Of a stretch of DNA of 64,000 nt, positions 50,482 to 63,863 are shown piece after piece. The stretch's first letter is position 1; every line of letters starts with the position of its first letter. The position numbers and the translations under genes are program-made. Under the pieces are notes generated by a model. That model did no database searches. It was not told the DNA's origin and was given only the letters and a program-made list of their open reading frames with translations. Source of the DNA: Octopus sinensis (lineage: Eukaryota); contig NC_043014.1 of the NCBI RefSeq assembly GCF_006345805.1, forward strand, positions 45,880,001 to 45,944,000, given 5' to 3'.

Positions 50482-51246
50482 GTATATACTATTTTGCTAC
50501 TTAATAATATGTCAAATGTGTCAATTAGCAGTGTCCTTGATAATTTTATCGTTACCTCAATGATGCTGGTAACATATATTAAAAGCTCCTTATAGAACTA
50601 TATTCATAAAAAAGTATAGAACTATAATTATCACCCTCAAATTTGCAAAACAAACACTCATAACCATTTTCTTTTAAAACTTCATTGAAATTCCTCAAAT
50701 TGAGCTTTATCATTTAAGCTTAATTAAAATATAGTTTCTTTTTAAAATAAAATAGTTAATTTTACTTAAATCCAATTTTTTGCCTTACTTATATTTTTTT
50801 TCATGATATTTTACCTCACAACTTTTTTTATACAAATTTTTGCTGCATGGGACCAAAACTATAAAATTCTTCATGCTTTCTTCTATCATTGAAGCTAAGA
50901 TAAATATATTTTGCCTTTAAAATAAAAAAGTTATTTAGATCTAAACTTGATTGATGATGCTACTTACTCTCCTATAACGTTGCTAAAGATTTTGATGTCA
51001 ACTTTTTTCTACTGGAACAAATTTCAATTTTTTTAATGCCAAAATGTAACCAGGGACCAGTCCTCTTCAAAAATGTTAACGGTTTTCAATTTGGTTAAGA
51101 ACTGAATTAGTACCAAGCTCTGAAAGATGCTGCGTGTGAATAAGTTGCAGCCTTAATATTATCCAACTACTATCGTAGATGAATGATACGTGGATATGTG
51201 GTGTGTGTGAGTGTATATATGTGTGTATGGCCATAGTCTGTAGTAG

Positions 51247-51306
<60 letters not shown>

Positions 51307-51429
51307 CAGTTATATAATCCATGGAAGGTAGATATGCGAAGAAGTAACTTAATGTGAAAATCTCAGACATAGGAGTCTGGTAGAGTTAACGACCCAACCA
51401 ATAGATATTGTAGATATGAGAACGTTAGT

Positions 51430-52139
51430 GCATCGGTACCGAGAGAGAGGAGAGAGAGAGGGGGGAGGAGAAGACTGGGCAGAGTAGTGGACATAATCGT
51501 CAAATGTGTGTAGTGGTAGGACAAGAGTTAAAAACTAGAGAGAGGAGCATGGAGACCGAGAGAGTATTTGAGATAGAGATAGAGTAGGAGAATGATAGAA
51601 GAAAGAATGGGAAAGATAGAGGGAGAGTTGAAGACGGACAGAGAGAGGGGTAGGCATATAATGAGACAAATAGAGAGAGAGGGGGAGAGAGAGAAAGAGA
51701 GAGAGATGGGTGAGAGTGTAGTGTAAAAAGATAGATAGAGAGAGAGAGAGAGAAAGAGAGAGGGAGAGAGAGAGAGAAAGAGAGAGGGAGAGAGAGAGGA
51801 AAGAGAGAGGGAGAGAGAGAAGAAAGGGAGGGAGAGAGAGAGGAAGAGAGAGAGAGAGATGTGTGAGAGTGTAGTGTAAAAAGATAGATAGAGAGAGAGA
51901 GAGAAAGAGAGAGGGAGAGAGAGAGAGAAAGAGAGAGGGAAGAAAGAGAGAAGGGAGGAAGAGAGAGAGGAAGAGAAAGAGAGAGATGTGTGAGTGTAGT
52001 GTAAAAAGATAGATAGATAGAGAGAGAGAGAGAAAGAGAGAGGGACAGAAAGAGAGAAAGGGAGGGAGAGAGAGAGGAAGAGAAAGAGAGAGATGTGTGA
52101 GAGGGTAGTGTAAAAAGATAGATAGATAGATAGAGAGAA

Positions 52140-52170
<31 letters not shown>

Positions 52171-52250
52171 AAGAGAGAGACAGAGAGAGAGACAGATAGA
52201 TATAGATAGAAATAGATAGATAGATAGAGAGAGAGAAAGAGAGAGACAGC
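51430..52250 (+). repeat. GA-rich higher-order repeat (~140-bp units marked by GAGTGTAGTGTAAAAAGATAG)
   Basis: The marker recurs about four times; explains the L/S-rich ORFs. Confidence 0.9.
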
Positions 52251-52281
52251 AGCCCACCAGTTTCAGTTAAACCGTCTAACC

Positions 52282-52906
52282 CAGGGTTTCTCAACCTTCT
52301 TACCCTTGCGTAACCCTTAAAATAAATTACATATCTCAAGGAAACTCTGCACAAGAAAAAAAAATTATGTACCAAATCAAGGAAAACGTGGAGGGGACAG
52401 GTGGAGGAGAAGTTGGGAGGGTTGGCTTGAGAAAGGAGGACACACAAAACCCGGGCAAGATGGCAAGATGGTGTGAGGGTGGTTGTTATGGCACTAAGGT
52501 AGATCTAGACCCAGTTAAAGGGGACAAAACCCTTTTGTCCCCCGTTAAAGAGGACAAAACCCGGGACCATGTGGTTGGTAAACAAGCTACCTACCACACA
52601 GCCACTCCTGCGCCTATATATATAAATAAAGATACAAAATGGGACAAGAACGCAAAACATCTGGACAATGAGGTGATACAAAAATGGGACAACAAAACAT
52701 CCAGATAGACGATACAAAGAAAACAAGGACAGGTCATTTAAAGTTTTCTTTCTTCAGTCAAGAACCCGATTATTCTCATATATATATATATATATATATT
52801 ACAATCATGAAATTAGCATTAGCTTATCTCACTCTTTCTTGCGGAGCCCCTAGAAATCTTTTGCAGAAAACCTAGGGTTCCGGGGAACCCTTGTTGAGAA
52901 ACGCTG
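52282..52906. mobile_element. hAT MITE with nested inserts
   Basis: TIRs CAGGGTTTCTCAACC / GTTGAGAAACGCTG; perfect 8-bp TSD GTCTAACC. Confidence 0.88.
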
Positions 52907-53116
52907 GTCTAACCCATGCCAGCATGGAAAGGAGAGGCATGATGATGATGATGATTATGATGAAATGAAGTGTATTTAAAAAGAAATATAGCAAGCAAAG
53001 GGTTAGCACAGATGCTGGTGATTTTCTGCTAAGCATTCTAAAAGCCTCTTAGTAAAATAGCTAGGATGATCTATCTATCTATTGAATTAAAGCTGCTCTT
53101 CTTAGTTGTTCCTTAA

Positions 53117-53343
53117 CCTTTTAGCATTAAAACCAGTTAAATCCAGCCAAAGTATTCCTATTCCAACTGTTTTATCTTCAAATTGGTCGGATCTGGCCTT
53201 TCATACCTTCCCTACAGTGTCGTTTTAAAAATAAACAATCACATCATCGGAATATCAAAGCTATGACATAATGCATGATTAATTTAAAATGACGTGAATA
53301 AAGTAAGCATTACATTTGACAGAGTAACCTGAATGCTAATGGG
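53117..53343. mobile_element. piggyBac-type MITE
   Basis: TTAA|CCTTTTAGCATT..AATGCTAATGGG|TTAA. Confidence 0.75.
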
Positions 53344-53389
53344 TTAATCGCAAGAGCTTGCTCTTGCAGCTTAAAATTTATCCTTGTGA

Positions 53390-54010
53390 GTGTATGGGCG
53401 GGAAGGGTAAGTGGACAGAGCCTTGGAAGTTTGTTGAAGGAATGGATGGGGTAGGGCCCATGACCTTTGTAGACCCTGCGATAGGGGAGACTGATGCTCT
53501 TTTACTCTCTTTTACTTGTTTCAGTCATTTGACTGCGGCCATGCTGGTGCACCGCCTTTTTTAGTCGAGCAAATCCACCCCAGGTCTTATTCTTTGTAAG
53601 CCCAGTACTTATTCTATCGGTCTCTTTTGCCGAACGACTAAGTAACGGGGACGTAAACATACCATCATCGGTTGTCAAGCGATGTTGGGGGGACAAATAC
53701 AGACACACAAACACACACATATATACATATATATACATATATACGACAGGCTTCTTTCAGTTTCCGTCTACCAAATCCACTCACAAGGCTTTGGTTGGCC
53801 CGAGGCTATAGTAGTAGACACTTTCCCAAGGTTCCACGCAGTGGGACTGAACCCGGAACCGTGTGGTTGGTAAGCAGGCTACTTACCACACAGCCACTCC
53901 TAGGAAAGACATGAGCAGGGAGAGGATTCCAAGGAGCTGATGGTTTTGGGCAAGGTTCGGGCGAGGACGTGAGAAAGGTGGATGGGGCGAAGCTAGAGAG
54001 AGTGTCGCCC
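53390..54010 (-). pseudogene. CR1/Zenon-like LINE 3' fragment interrupted by SINE A (53499-53901)
   Basis: APWNPLPAHVFP followed by EH after rejoining the flanks; matches the WN.LP..VFP motif. Confidence 0.55.
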
Positions 54011-54699
54011 AGGGTAGCCCTTCAATTTGCCCTCCTCACTCATACCTATTTCTTTACTACCCACAAGGGGCTAAACACAGAGGGGGACAAACAAGGACAG
54101 ACAAATGGATTGAGTCGATTACATGTGTCCCTCGTTTAAGAAACAAATTGGGTTTATTTACATTTGTGAAGAAAAATAGATACCCTTCCCCCCACCCCTA
54201 ACTGATCTTAACCCTAAAACAGATTGAAACGCAATAGATCGATACTAGGGTCGTAATTATGGGTGACAATTTCAGATGACACCGCTAGAAAAAACTGCCG
54301 TTCAAACCGAAAAGATCCTGGTTTGTTTCCGTCATCGTAAATTTTCGGGGTCGACAAGAGACATTGATGGAATAAGAACTAAACTTTAAAAATGGGTTTT
54401 GGGGTGGTTAAACCCTTCTATTCAGTGCACCAGCATGGCCAGTCCAATGTCCGAAAACAATTGAAAAGGTCAATATCTCTCTCTCTCTCTCTCTCTCTCT
54501 CCTTCAAAAAAAAAAAAAAATTAGATTTATCGAGAAAAAAAATCGCAATGCAAAACATCATGAAACAAGGAAAAGAAACGGGATAGTCACGGCTGGAAGG
54601 GCAGTTGGTGGTTGATATAATAGTCAGAACGTAATACGAAATATTGAAATAAGTACTAATACACTTAAATGTGAGGAACACGATGACTTAGGTGGTTGG

Positions 54700-55345
54700 G
54701 TGTGGGGGGAGGATGAATGAGAAATGACGAGAGGGGGAGAGGCGGAGGGAGGGGAGGGTAAGAGTGGATGAGGAGGAAGAGGAAAAGCGGCAGAAGGAGA
54801 TGAAGAGTCGGAGGAGATGGGGAGAAGAGAAAAGCAATAGCAGAAACTGAGGCCGAATGAGGGTGGAGGGACGGCGATAGAGAGAGCAACAGAGCGCGAA
54901 CAAAAGAGAGAGAGAGAGAGAAAGAGAGAACGCGTGCGAGAATGAGAAAGCAAGAGAGAGAGAGAGAGCAAGAGAGGGGGAGAGAGAGAGGAAGAGGGAG
55001 CGCGTGCGAGAAAGTAAAAGCAAGAGAGAGTGGAAGGGCAAGAGAGAGGGAGTAAGAGAGAGCGCGTGCGAGAAAGAGAAAGCAAGAGAGAGCGTGCGAG
55101 AAAGAGAAAGCAAGAGAGAGGAGAGAGAGCGAGAGAGGAAGAGAAAGCGCGTGCGAGAAAGATAAAGAGAGAGTCAACAACAGTCGAGGCCAAGAAGAAG
55201 GAAGAGAAAGAGGAGAAAGGAAAACAGCAAATAATGAGAGAGAGGGAGAGAGAAAGAGAAAGAAAGAAAGAGAGAAACGAGAATGCTCTAACAATAGCAG
55301 CTACGGGCAGAGGAGGAGGAGGAGGAAGAGGGGGAGGAGGAGGAG
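54700..55345 (+). repeat. Purine-rich repeat with GCGCGTGCGAGAAAG units
   Basis: Directly visible. Confidence 0.85.
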
Positions 55346-56468
55346 GAGGAAGCGAAGTAAATAAATAAATATGTAAAAGAAATCAAATAAATATATAAAC
55401 AAACAAACAAACAAACAACGTAAAGCGAAGTCTATTTATAAAACAGAAGCGTACAGTTGCATCTCTCGAAACTGGTACTGTTGCTAAGGCGTCATCTCTC
55501 ACCCTTATGCACTCCCACTTCGCCTCCTTCCTCTCTCTCTCTCTTTTTCTGTCAGTCACTCTCTCTCTTTCTGTCACCCTCTCTCTCTTTTTCCTTTACT
55601 CACTCTCACCCTCTCTCACTGTCATTCGTTTAGCACACACAACACACGCTATGAAGAAATGTGTTGGTGTGAGCGAGAATCGCATGGAAATAGGTTTGAT
55701 CTCTTTTTCGTTAGAGATTACACATAGGCACATACACACATACATACATACATACATACATACAAACATACACACATTCATACGTACACACATACATACA
55801 CACGTACGTACATACATACGTACATACATACATACATACATACATACATACATTCATAATACATACATACATACACACACACTTATACATACGTACATAC
55901 ATACACACACACATACTTATACATACACACATACACACATTTATATATACATATATACGACGGGCTTCTTTCAGTTTCCGTCTACCAAATCCACTCACAA
56001 GGCTTTGGTCGGCCCGAGGCTATAGTAGAAGACACTTGCCCAAGGTGCCACGCAGTGGGACTGAACCCGGAACCATGTGGTTGGTAAGCAAGCTACTTAC
56101 CACACAGCCACTCCTGCGCCTTCATTTAAATGTTTTCAATAAAAAATATACAATAATTCAAAAATAATTGTACATCAATCAAATCAGACAAAATCTAATA
56201 ATGGAAAAGTGATGTTTTTAAATCAGTCCAATAATGTTTCTACGCTCGCTCATTTTGGCGATGAAGTTCTTCAAAGCGCTTTCATCATTACACACACCAC
56301 TCACTCATCCCTCAAAAATTAGAGGGTGCGCTCATACTCCCACCCTTCCTGCACTACCTGTTCCCGGAACCTGTGAAGAGGGGAGTAAAATCTCAATAAA
56401 AGATTCAATAAAGAAGCTCAATAAATGAGAGTTACAAGGAGTATATATATATATTATATATATATATA

Positions 56469-56865
56469 CTCTTTACTCTTTTACTTGTTTCAGTCATTTG
56501 ACTGCGGCCATGCTGGAGCACCGCCTTTTAGTCGAGCAAATCCACCCCAGGTCTTATTCTTTGTAAGCCCAGTACTTATTCTATCGTTCTCTTTTGCCGA
56601 ACCGCTAAGTAACGGGGACGTAAACATACCAGCATCGGTTGTCAAGCGATGTTGGGGGGGGGGACAAACACAGACACACAAACACACATATATATATATA
56701 CATATATACGACAAGCTTCTTTCAGTTTCCGTCTACCAAATCCACTCACAAGGCTTTGGTCGGCCCGAGGCTATAGTAGAAGACACTTGACCAAGGTGCC
56801 ACGCAGTGGGACTGAACCCGGAACCGTGTGGTTGGTAAGCAAGCTACTTACCACACAGTCATTCC
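56469..56865 (-). mobile_element. SINE family A, full length (head half at 55957-56121 and tail half at 56890-57050 nearby)
   Basis: Homology to family A. Confidence 0.9.
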
Positions 56866-57154
56866 TGTATATATAATGCGTGTGTGTCCTTTAATCTTTT
56901 ACTTGTTTCAATCATTTGACTGTGGCCATGCTCGAGCACCGCCTTTAGTCGAATTAATTGACCCCAGGACTTATTCTTTGTAAGCCTAGTACTTATTCTA
57001 TCGGTATCGTTTGCCGCGCCGATAAGTTACGGGGACGTAAACACACCAGCATCGGGGTTAGTTATATATATATATATATATATATACAGATATCTACCTT
57101 TGTCTAAATATATACGAGTAGCTGTGTGGCTACTTAGTACACAGCCACTCATGT

Positions 57155-57316
57155 ATATTTAGATAAAGGTAGTTAGTTATGGCCGGTCTATGGGGTTACC
57201 CAGGGTTTCGGGTCCGTAAAGCACCTTAGCTCTACAGCGTCTCATCAGAGTGCTTTGCTTTAGGAACGCGAAACCCTGGGTAATTCCATAGACCGGTTAA
57301 ACCTTTATCTAAATAT
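57155..57316. mobile_element. Palindromic MITE-like hairpin
   Basis: ATATTTAGATAAAGG..CCGGTCTATGGGGTTACCCAGGGTTTCG / CGAAACCCTGGGTAATTCCATAGACCGG..CCTTTATCTAAATAT. Confidence 0.65.
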
Positions 57317-57444
57317 TCTAGCGCTCTATAACTTAAAGAGTGTGCTTCTCTTTCGGATTTATGATTTACAGACGGACCTCGTGTGTACCGTTAGCGATTT
57401 TTTTCCCCTCTGTCTTCCCTTCTCTGGATCTTTCCTTCTCCTAT

Positions 57445-57479
57445 GTTTCCGACGAAGAGCTCCGCTCGAAACGTTAAAC
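57445..57479 (+). ncRNA. Minimal hammerhead-like motif, identical to 8943-8977, within a tail copy at 57385-57565
   Basis: Same 35-nt fold; the surrounding ~180 bp are highly similar to 8885-9065. Confidence 0.55.
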
Positions 57480-57564
57480 CCTCCTTCTTTCCTGAGCGTC
57501 CAATAATACTTTATTTGTTCCATGTCCTCGCGTTGTTGTGTTTTTTTTGTTGTGCTTCCTTGGG

Positions 57565-57615
<51 letters not shown>

Positions 57616-58613
57616 TACATACATACATACATACAGAGAGAGAGAGAGAGAGAATCAATGCGAGAAAATCATAGATTAGGGGAGAGAGAGAGTGAGATTC
57701 AAAGACAAACTAGATATTGGAAATCTTTTGAGGAATATATCTCGCTCGGAACATCACGAAGTTTGACCGAAATGCCACGGGAAAATCGCTCGATATCTTC
57801 ACCTAATTCAACAACAGAACGTCAGCTTGTTCGATCCTGTCTTCTAGAAGTGATATATAGCCCCTATATCTCTCCTCAACTGTCTCCTTAACCCTAACTC
57901 TCAAATAACACCTTATTGTTTAATAAAACGAGGGACGCATTGCACAAAGAAGGCCTAGATATATATCCGGGAGAGAGAGAAAAAACAGTACAGGGTGGCT
58001 ACGTTTGGATTGCTTTTCATCACAAAATATTCTCGATAATGACCGACCTAGGGCTTAACAACAGCAATTAACCACTACAGTGTACTAACGAGTGTTTTTT
58101 TTTTCCTGTTTTACGTGTTCACTCGACCTGCTAGACAGAGCAACCAAATTTCCACCGCAAATAAACCACCTAAGGACACACCAGAGAATGTATGTCTGTT
58201 ACTCAAACACTGTATCTAAGAATATAGACAGGGTGGTCACGTCTGGAGCATCTTTCATCAGTTTTCCTTGCGCGATCAGAGCTGATTTGGAGCTGAACAA
58301 CAATGAACGGCGTCGGGATATGCTGCTCAAAGCTCTAACCACCGACACAACCACTCAATACCTGTGATTTCAGGTACTACTACACTCACCACCACCACCA
58401 CCACCACCACTACTACTACAACTACCAACATCACTACCACTACTACTGCTACCACTAACACCACCACCGCCGCCACTAACATAGCGATATTACAATTATT
58501 ATTTGCCTCCACGACCTCGAACGACTTCAGCTGATACAACAATCATTACCACCACCACCATTACTACTACCACCAGCTGATTGATGTTGTTTAGTAACCC
58601 AAAGTCCAAGCCT

Positions 58614-58665
<52 letters not shown>

Positions 58666-59156
58666 AGGAGAGAGAGAGTGGGAGGAGAGAGAGAGAGAGA
58701 TGGTCAAAACATTCCGACATTCCAGTCGTGCCCATCCCGTCTTTTATTCAGATAGTGCAATCAAGGACCAATAAGAAAAATTGGCTGCTATTTCTAAGCA
58801 AATCGAACGACCACATAGAGGCCTTCGCAGTTGTTGCAGTTGCTGTAGACGATGGTGGTGGTGGTGGTGGCGTTTGGCCAAGGTCAGCTTTTATCAAACA
58901 TTCTAGCCGTGACCATCCCGTTTTTTGTTGTTTTTTTTCTTGGGGGGGGGGGCGGAGATGGGATTATTTCCTTGACACAACGTTTCAATAACATCCAACA
59001 CGTCGTTTTTTTTATTATTCTTTTTTCTTTTTCAAAATAATGCGAATCGAAGATTTGACTGCTATTTCTAACCGGGTTGAACGACCACGAAGAAAAAAAA
59101 AAGAAAAGAAAAGAAAAGAGACTCAACCTGATGTTTATTACAGTATCATCATTATC

Positions 59157-59191
<35 letters not shown>

Positions 59192-59508
59192 CAGCACATC
59201 TGTCACCCGTCAATGTTAACGGTTGACTAGGCTTCGAGTACAGTCACCGCACCCTTGACAAACATTTTAATCAAAGGATGTTTAACGTTCAAACGCCAGT
59301 GTCCTTCCTTCATCGACCCGAAAACACAAAACGTCCCATCATTTCCAGTACCCCTATCATTACTCATCATATCAGTACCTCTAGTAGTGGTACAAATAAA
59401 TGATAGTACCTGTAGTACCACTACTATCATTTCCAAACTAGCGCCACTACTAACATCAAGTAATCGCTCGTTTTGCTAGAAATAACAGTCAATTCTCACT
59501 CAAATCGT

Positions 59509-59725
59509 ACCTATTTCTTTATTACCCACAAGGGGCTAAACATAGAGGGGACAAACAAAGACAGACATTGGTATTAAGTCGGTTACATCGACCCCAATGC
59601 GTAACTGGTACTTAATTTATCGACTCCAGTGCGTAACTGGTACTTAATTTATCGACCCCAGAGCGTAACTGGTACTTAATTTATCGACCCCGAAAGGATG
59701 AAAGGTAAAGTCGACCTCGGCGGAA
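59509..59725 (-). mobile_element. SINE family B body with an internal 32-bp triplication
   Basis: TCGACCCCAGTGCGTAACTGGTACTTAATTTA-like unit occurs three times. Confidence 0.85.
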
Positions 59726-60047
59726 TCTCAAATCACGTCCTAAAAAAAAAAGGGGCGGAGTGGACTTATTGGAGAGTGTTGAAGATACGTTGTCGGAAAA
59801 ATAATTGGCGGGATGGTCACAACTGGAATATCTAACTGATCAGATCATAGAGTACTGATCCTTTAGAACTCACTTGGGTCTACACAACCATTACACTATC
59901 AGGCGGGCCTAGTCGTTCGGCGCGACTACCAACGAACCATAAAACTGCACGTGTAGAGCCGGCCGAGGATTATATAACTTCCACAACAAACGTGTTACAA
60001 ATGAGCGCTCGTGTATGTGTGTTTGTGTGCTCCTGCGCGCACGTACG

Positions 60048-60275
60048 TACGTAAATGAGTTGTTCATTAGGTCTATGGTACGGACCTGTGGTATAGTTCT
60101 GAATCTAGATTTAAGGTAATATCCAAGAAGTTAACATTCATACTACCCTATCCGAAAGATATATAGAGACTGTAGCCCCCAACCCCGCCTGTCCGTTTTC
60201 TGACCCTTTCCGGCCAAGACCTGGGAACATTCGAAAGCGATTAGGAGAACGTCATCCCTATACAATCCGTAAACC
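60048..60275 (-). pseudogene. Decayed Penelope-like element reverse transcriptase fragment
   Basis: GLYRDD (60268-60251), VNFLDITLNL (60135-60106) and PYHRPNEQLIYV (60083-60048) occur in PLE order, with about 38 codons between YRDD and VNFLD; frameshifted. Confidence 0.75.
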
Positions 60276-61535
60276 TAATTGAGAGCTTCGTTTACGTTCA
60301 TAGGTATTCTTGTCATCCCATGTACGTCGTTGGAGGCTTCATTAATAATATCTCCATTAGGGTAACCATCCAAACTTTACGCCGCCAATGAACGTAATCT
60401 GAATAATAATAATAATGCAGAATACAATAATGAGGCTCTGTGGGGGGTATGATAGAGTGTGTGTGTGTGTGCGATAGACATAGATATTTCAGTAATGACC
60501 AAACCATCGTCCAGTTAAATACCAATTATCAAGTCCTAGGGTACCCTTCAGCTGAGTCCATTCTGCTAGAAGCAAAGATCTCCAGTATAAGACTGTTTTC
60601 CTTCGGCCCTTTTTCTTCCTCTATGCGATGTTCGAGACCCTTTTCTTCCTCTATGTGATGATCGGGGGGAAAATGTATTATTGATCAGCATTTTTGATTA
60701 AACTGAATTAGCTTTGAACCAGTTGAGGAAGCCTGTCGTTTCTAGCATGCTAGAAATAGCAGCAAGCAAAACTTCTCCCTAACTTCCCTCTGAACAACCC
60801 CGCCCCCCGAACACCTTAAATAAAGAATTGCGATAAAATAGTACCGGTGAGGTTTATTAATTAATATTATTAACTCAGAACGTAAAAATACAGACGAAAT
60901 GCCACCACGTTGAGTTCAAATTCCGTCGTGGTCAACTTTACCTTTCATCCTTTCCGGGTCAATAACGGCGGTAGGAACGGAGAAAGCTATCAAGCAGAGC
61001 GACAGATTAAGACTACGACATAAAAAAAAAAGCAGTTTGGTCACTCACGGCTGGGGCGTCTTTGATCACAGGAAATCTGCCACTCGATTAGACGTGGCCT
61101 AGGGCTAAACGAACAGCAGCGTCAACTAATGACGGAACCGTTAGTAGTCAACATCGCCCCATTCCAAGTTTTATATATAATCTACTCTACTATCAGAGCT
61201 CGTCATCACCACCACCATCACCACCACCGCCAACAACAACAACAACACGTCGCTACTACCATCACCAGCGACACACTTACGTAAACAAACATCAAGCCAG
61301 AAAGAGAGCCTGTAAGGAGGTCACTTGCTTTGTTAGAAATAGCAGCCAAATCTTTCACAGATATCTACCTATTTCTTTACTCCCCACAAGGGGCTAAACA
61401 CAGACAGGACAAACAAGGACAGATATCTACCGTCTTAGACTAGAACACCACAAGGGATAAAGGTCTGCTTAATCAGGGTTAATGTGGGGTTAACAACAGC
61501 GACAACCTTCTTTTACTCGTTTCAGGGGCACCATA

Positions 61536-61951
61536 CTCTCTTTTACTCTTTTACTTCTTTCACTCATTTGACTGTGGCCATGCTGGAGCACCGCCTTTGA
61601 TCGAGCAACTCGACCCCGGGACTGATTCTTTTGTAAGTCCAGTACTTATTCTATCGGTCTCTTTTGCCGAACCGCTAAGTAACGGGGACATAAACACACC
61701 AGCATCGGTTGTCAAGCAATGCTAGGGGGACAAACACAGACACACAAACATACACGCACACACACACACATATATATATATACATATATACGATGGGCTT
61801 CTTTCAGTTTCCGTCTACCAAATCCACTCACAAGGCCTTGGTCGGCCCGAGGCTATAGTAGAAGACACTTGCCCAAGGTGCCACGCAGTGGGAATGAACC
61901 CGGAACCATGTGGTTGGTAAGCAAGCTACTTACCACACAGCAGCCACTCCT
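61536..61951 (-). mobile_element. SINE family A, full length
   Basis: Complete. Confidence 0.92.
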
Positions 61952-62484
61952 TATATTTTATTATATAACGCCATTGCCACGATCACGACGACCACCTCTC
62001 CACAGTTTTAAAAGAAAACCTGATGACTAGTGTCAACATCATCATCATCAAGTTGCCATTCCCATTATATAATATTAAAAAAAAAAACGAAAAAGAAATC
62101 CATAAACACTACAGACTATATTTGTTACATAACAATTGCCGCCACAGCCGCCATCAAACCACTGTTGTTACCGCCACAGCCGACACTGAAAAACAAATAA
62201 CCAGCATTTTTACCGCCATCACCACCACCACCACCACCATCACTGATAATTAACCACCATCGTCACCATCACCACCATCAATGAATGAGTAACTAACGAT
62301 TACACCACAACCAGAACCACAAACACCATCATCATCATCATCATCATCACTGAATAACTAACCAGCTGGTGGTGGTGGTGTGGCGGTAATGATTGTTGTA
62401 TCGCCATCACCACCACCACCACCACCACATAACTAACCCATTCCCGTTCCCGTTCTCACCACCGCTTATAACGAGTCAACCAAG

Positions 62485-63395
62485 GAGCCTCTATGTACGC
62501 CACGAGCTAGAAATAGCAGCCAAATCTCCCTTAAATCACCGCAGTCCCACCAAACCGTTTCTATTTCACATCGGATAATGTAACCGCGGTTCCTTTTACA
62601 TACGAAAAAAGACGGGATGGTCACGGCTGGAATGCCTTCGGTGATCATTGGTCTGTTTGTACGAGAGCCTCTACGTACTCTACGAGTTAGAAATAGCAGC
62701 CAAATCTCCCTTAAATCACCGCAGTCCCACCAAACCGTTTCTATTTCACATCGGATAATGTAACCGCGGTTCCTTTTACATACGAAAAAAGACGGGATGG
62801 TCACGGCTGGAATGCCTTCGGTGATCATTGGTCTGTTTGTACGAGAGCCTCTATGTACTCTACGAGTTAGAAATAGCAGCCAAATCTCCCTTAAATCACC
62901 GCAGTCCCACCAAACCGTTTCTATTTCACATCGGATAATGTAACCGCGGTTCCTTTTACATACGAAAAAGAACGGGATGGTCACGGCTGAATGCCTTCGG
63001 TGTCATTGGTCTGTTTGTACGAGAGCCTCTATGTACTCTACGAGTTAGAAATAGCAGCCAAATCTCCCTTAAATCATCGCAGTCCCACCATATCGTTTCT
63101 ATTTTACATCGGATAATGTAACCGCGGTTCCCTTTATATACGAAAAAAGACGGGATGGTTACGGCTGGAATGCCTTTGATGATCATAGGTTGCCTTATAA
63201 GGGAGCCTCTATGTACTCCAAAAGCTAGAAATAGCAGCTAAATCTCTCTTAAATAATCCCCAGTCCCACCACAACTTATTTTTTAAATAATACATTGGAT
63301 AATATAATTCTCAGCTCCCTGAAAATATATATAAAAAAAAAAAAGAAAGGATGGTCACGGATAGAACGCCATTTGTGATTATAGGTCTGTTTGTA
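62485..63395 (+). repeat. 180-bp tandem array (about 5 units) of dispersed repeat D
   Basis: Units start at 62485, 62665, 62845, 63023 and 63203. The core TAGAAATAGCAGCCAAATCTCCC..GGATGGTCACGGCTGGAATGCC also occurs dispersed, e.g. near 15190, 19995, 23125, 44740, 45355, 46860, 58900 and 61335. Confidence 0.93.
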
Positions 63396-63863
63396 AGGGC
63401 GACCTTGGAGCGACCTAAAACAACATTATCAAAAACAGCTATCATCATCATCACCATCATCATAATACCGTTAACATTGATACCATCAAATTCTTGAGAG
63501 TTAATTCATCATAATCGCCAACATCAAAGCATCACCATTCCAATAATAATAAGCATAAATATAAACAACACCACCACCACCACCGCCACGCCACCATTCC
63601 AACATCAGTGAAACCTTTGTAACTATTTTGTTATTTCAGCAATAATAATTAATTCTTGGTGCATAATTACACCACCGCCGCCGCCGCCACCACAACGACA
63701 ACACGAGTCAAAAAAGAAGCCTCGAAGAAGTAGTAGTGGTCGCCAGATCTGCTAGAAAGAGCTGTTAAAAATCTCACTTAAAATCACGCCCATAAAACCG
63801 TCATCTCAAGCCGCTGAAAAAAGGTTCTCAAATTCTTTGATTTCACAATGATACTAAAGTCAC

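Noticed and set aside
50490-51170. AT-rich block considered as a NUMT or a decayed RT (LIDDATYS..FNAK)
   Set aside because: No mitochondrial rRNA or tRNA motif was recognised, and the RT resemblance is too weak without a search.
59585-59690. CRISPR-like short repeats (also the 62485 array)
   Set aside because: The units are head-to-tail with no unique spacers, there are no cas genes, and the context is eukaryotic.
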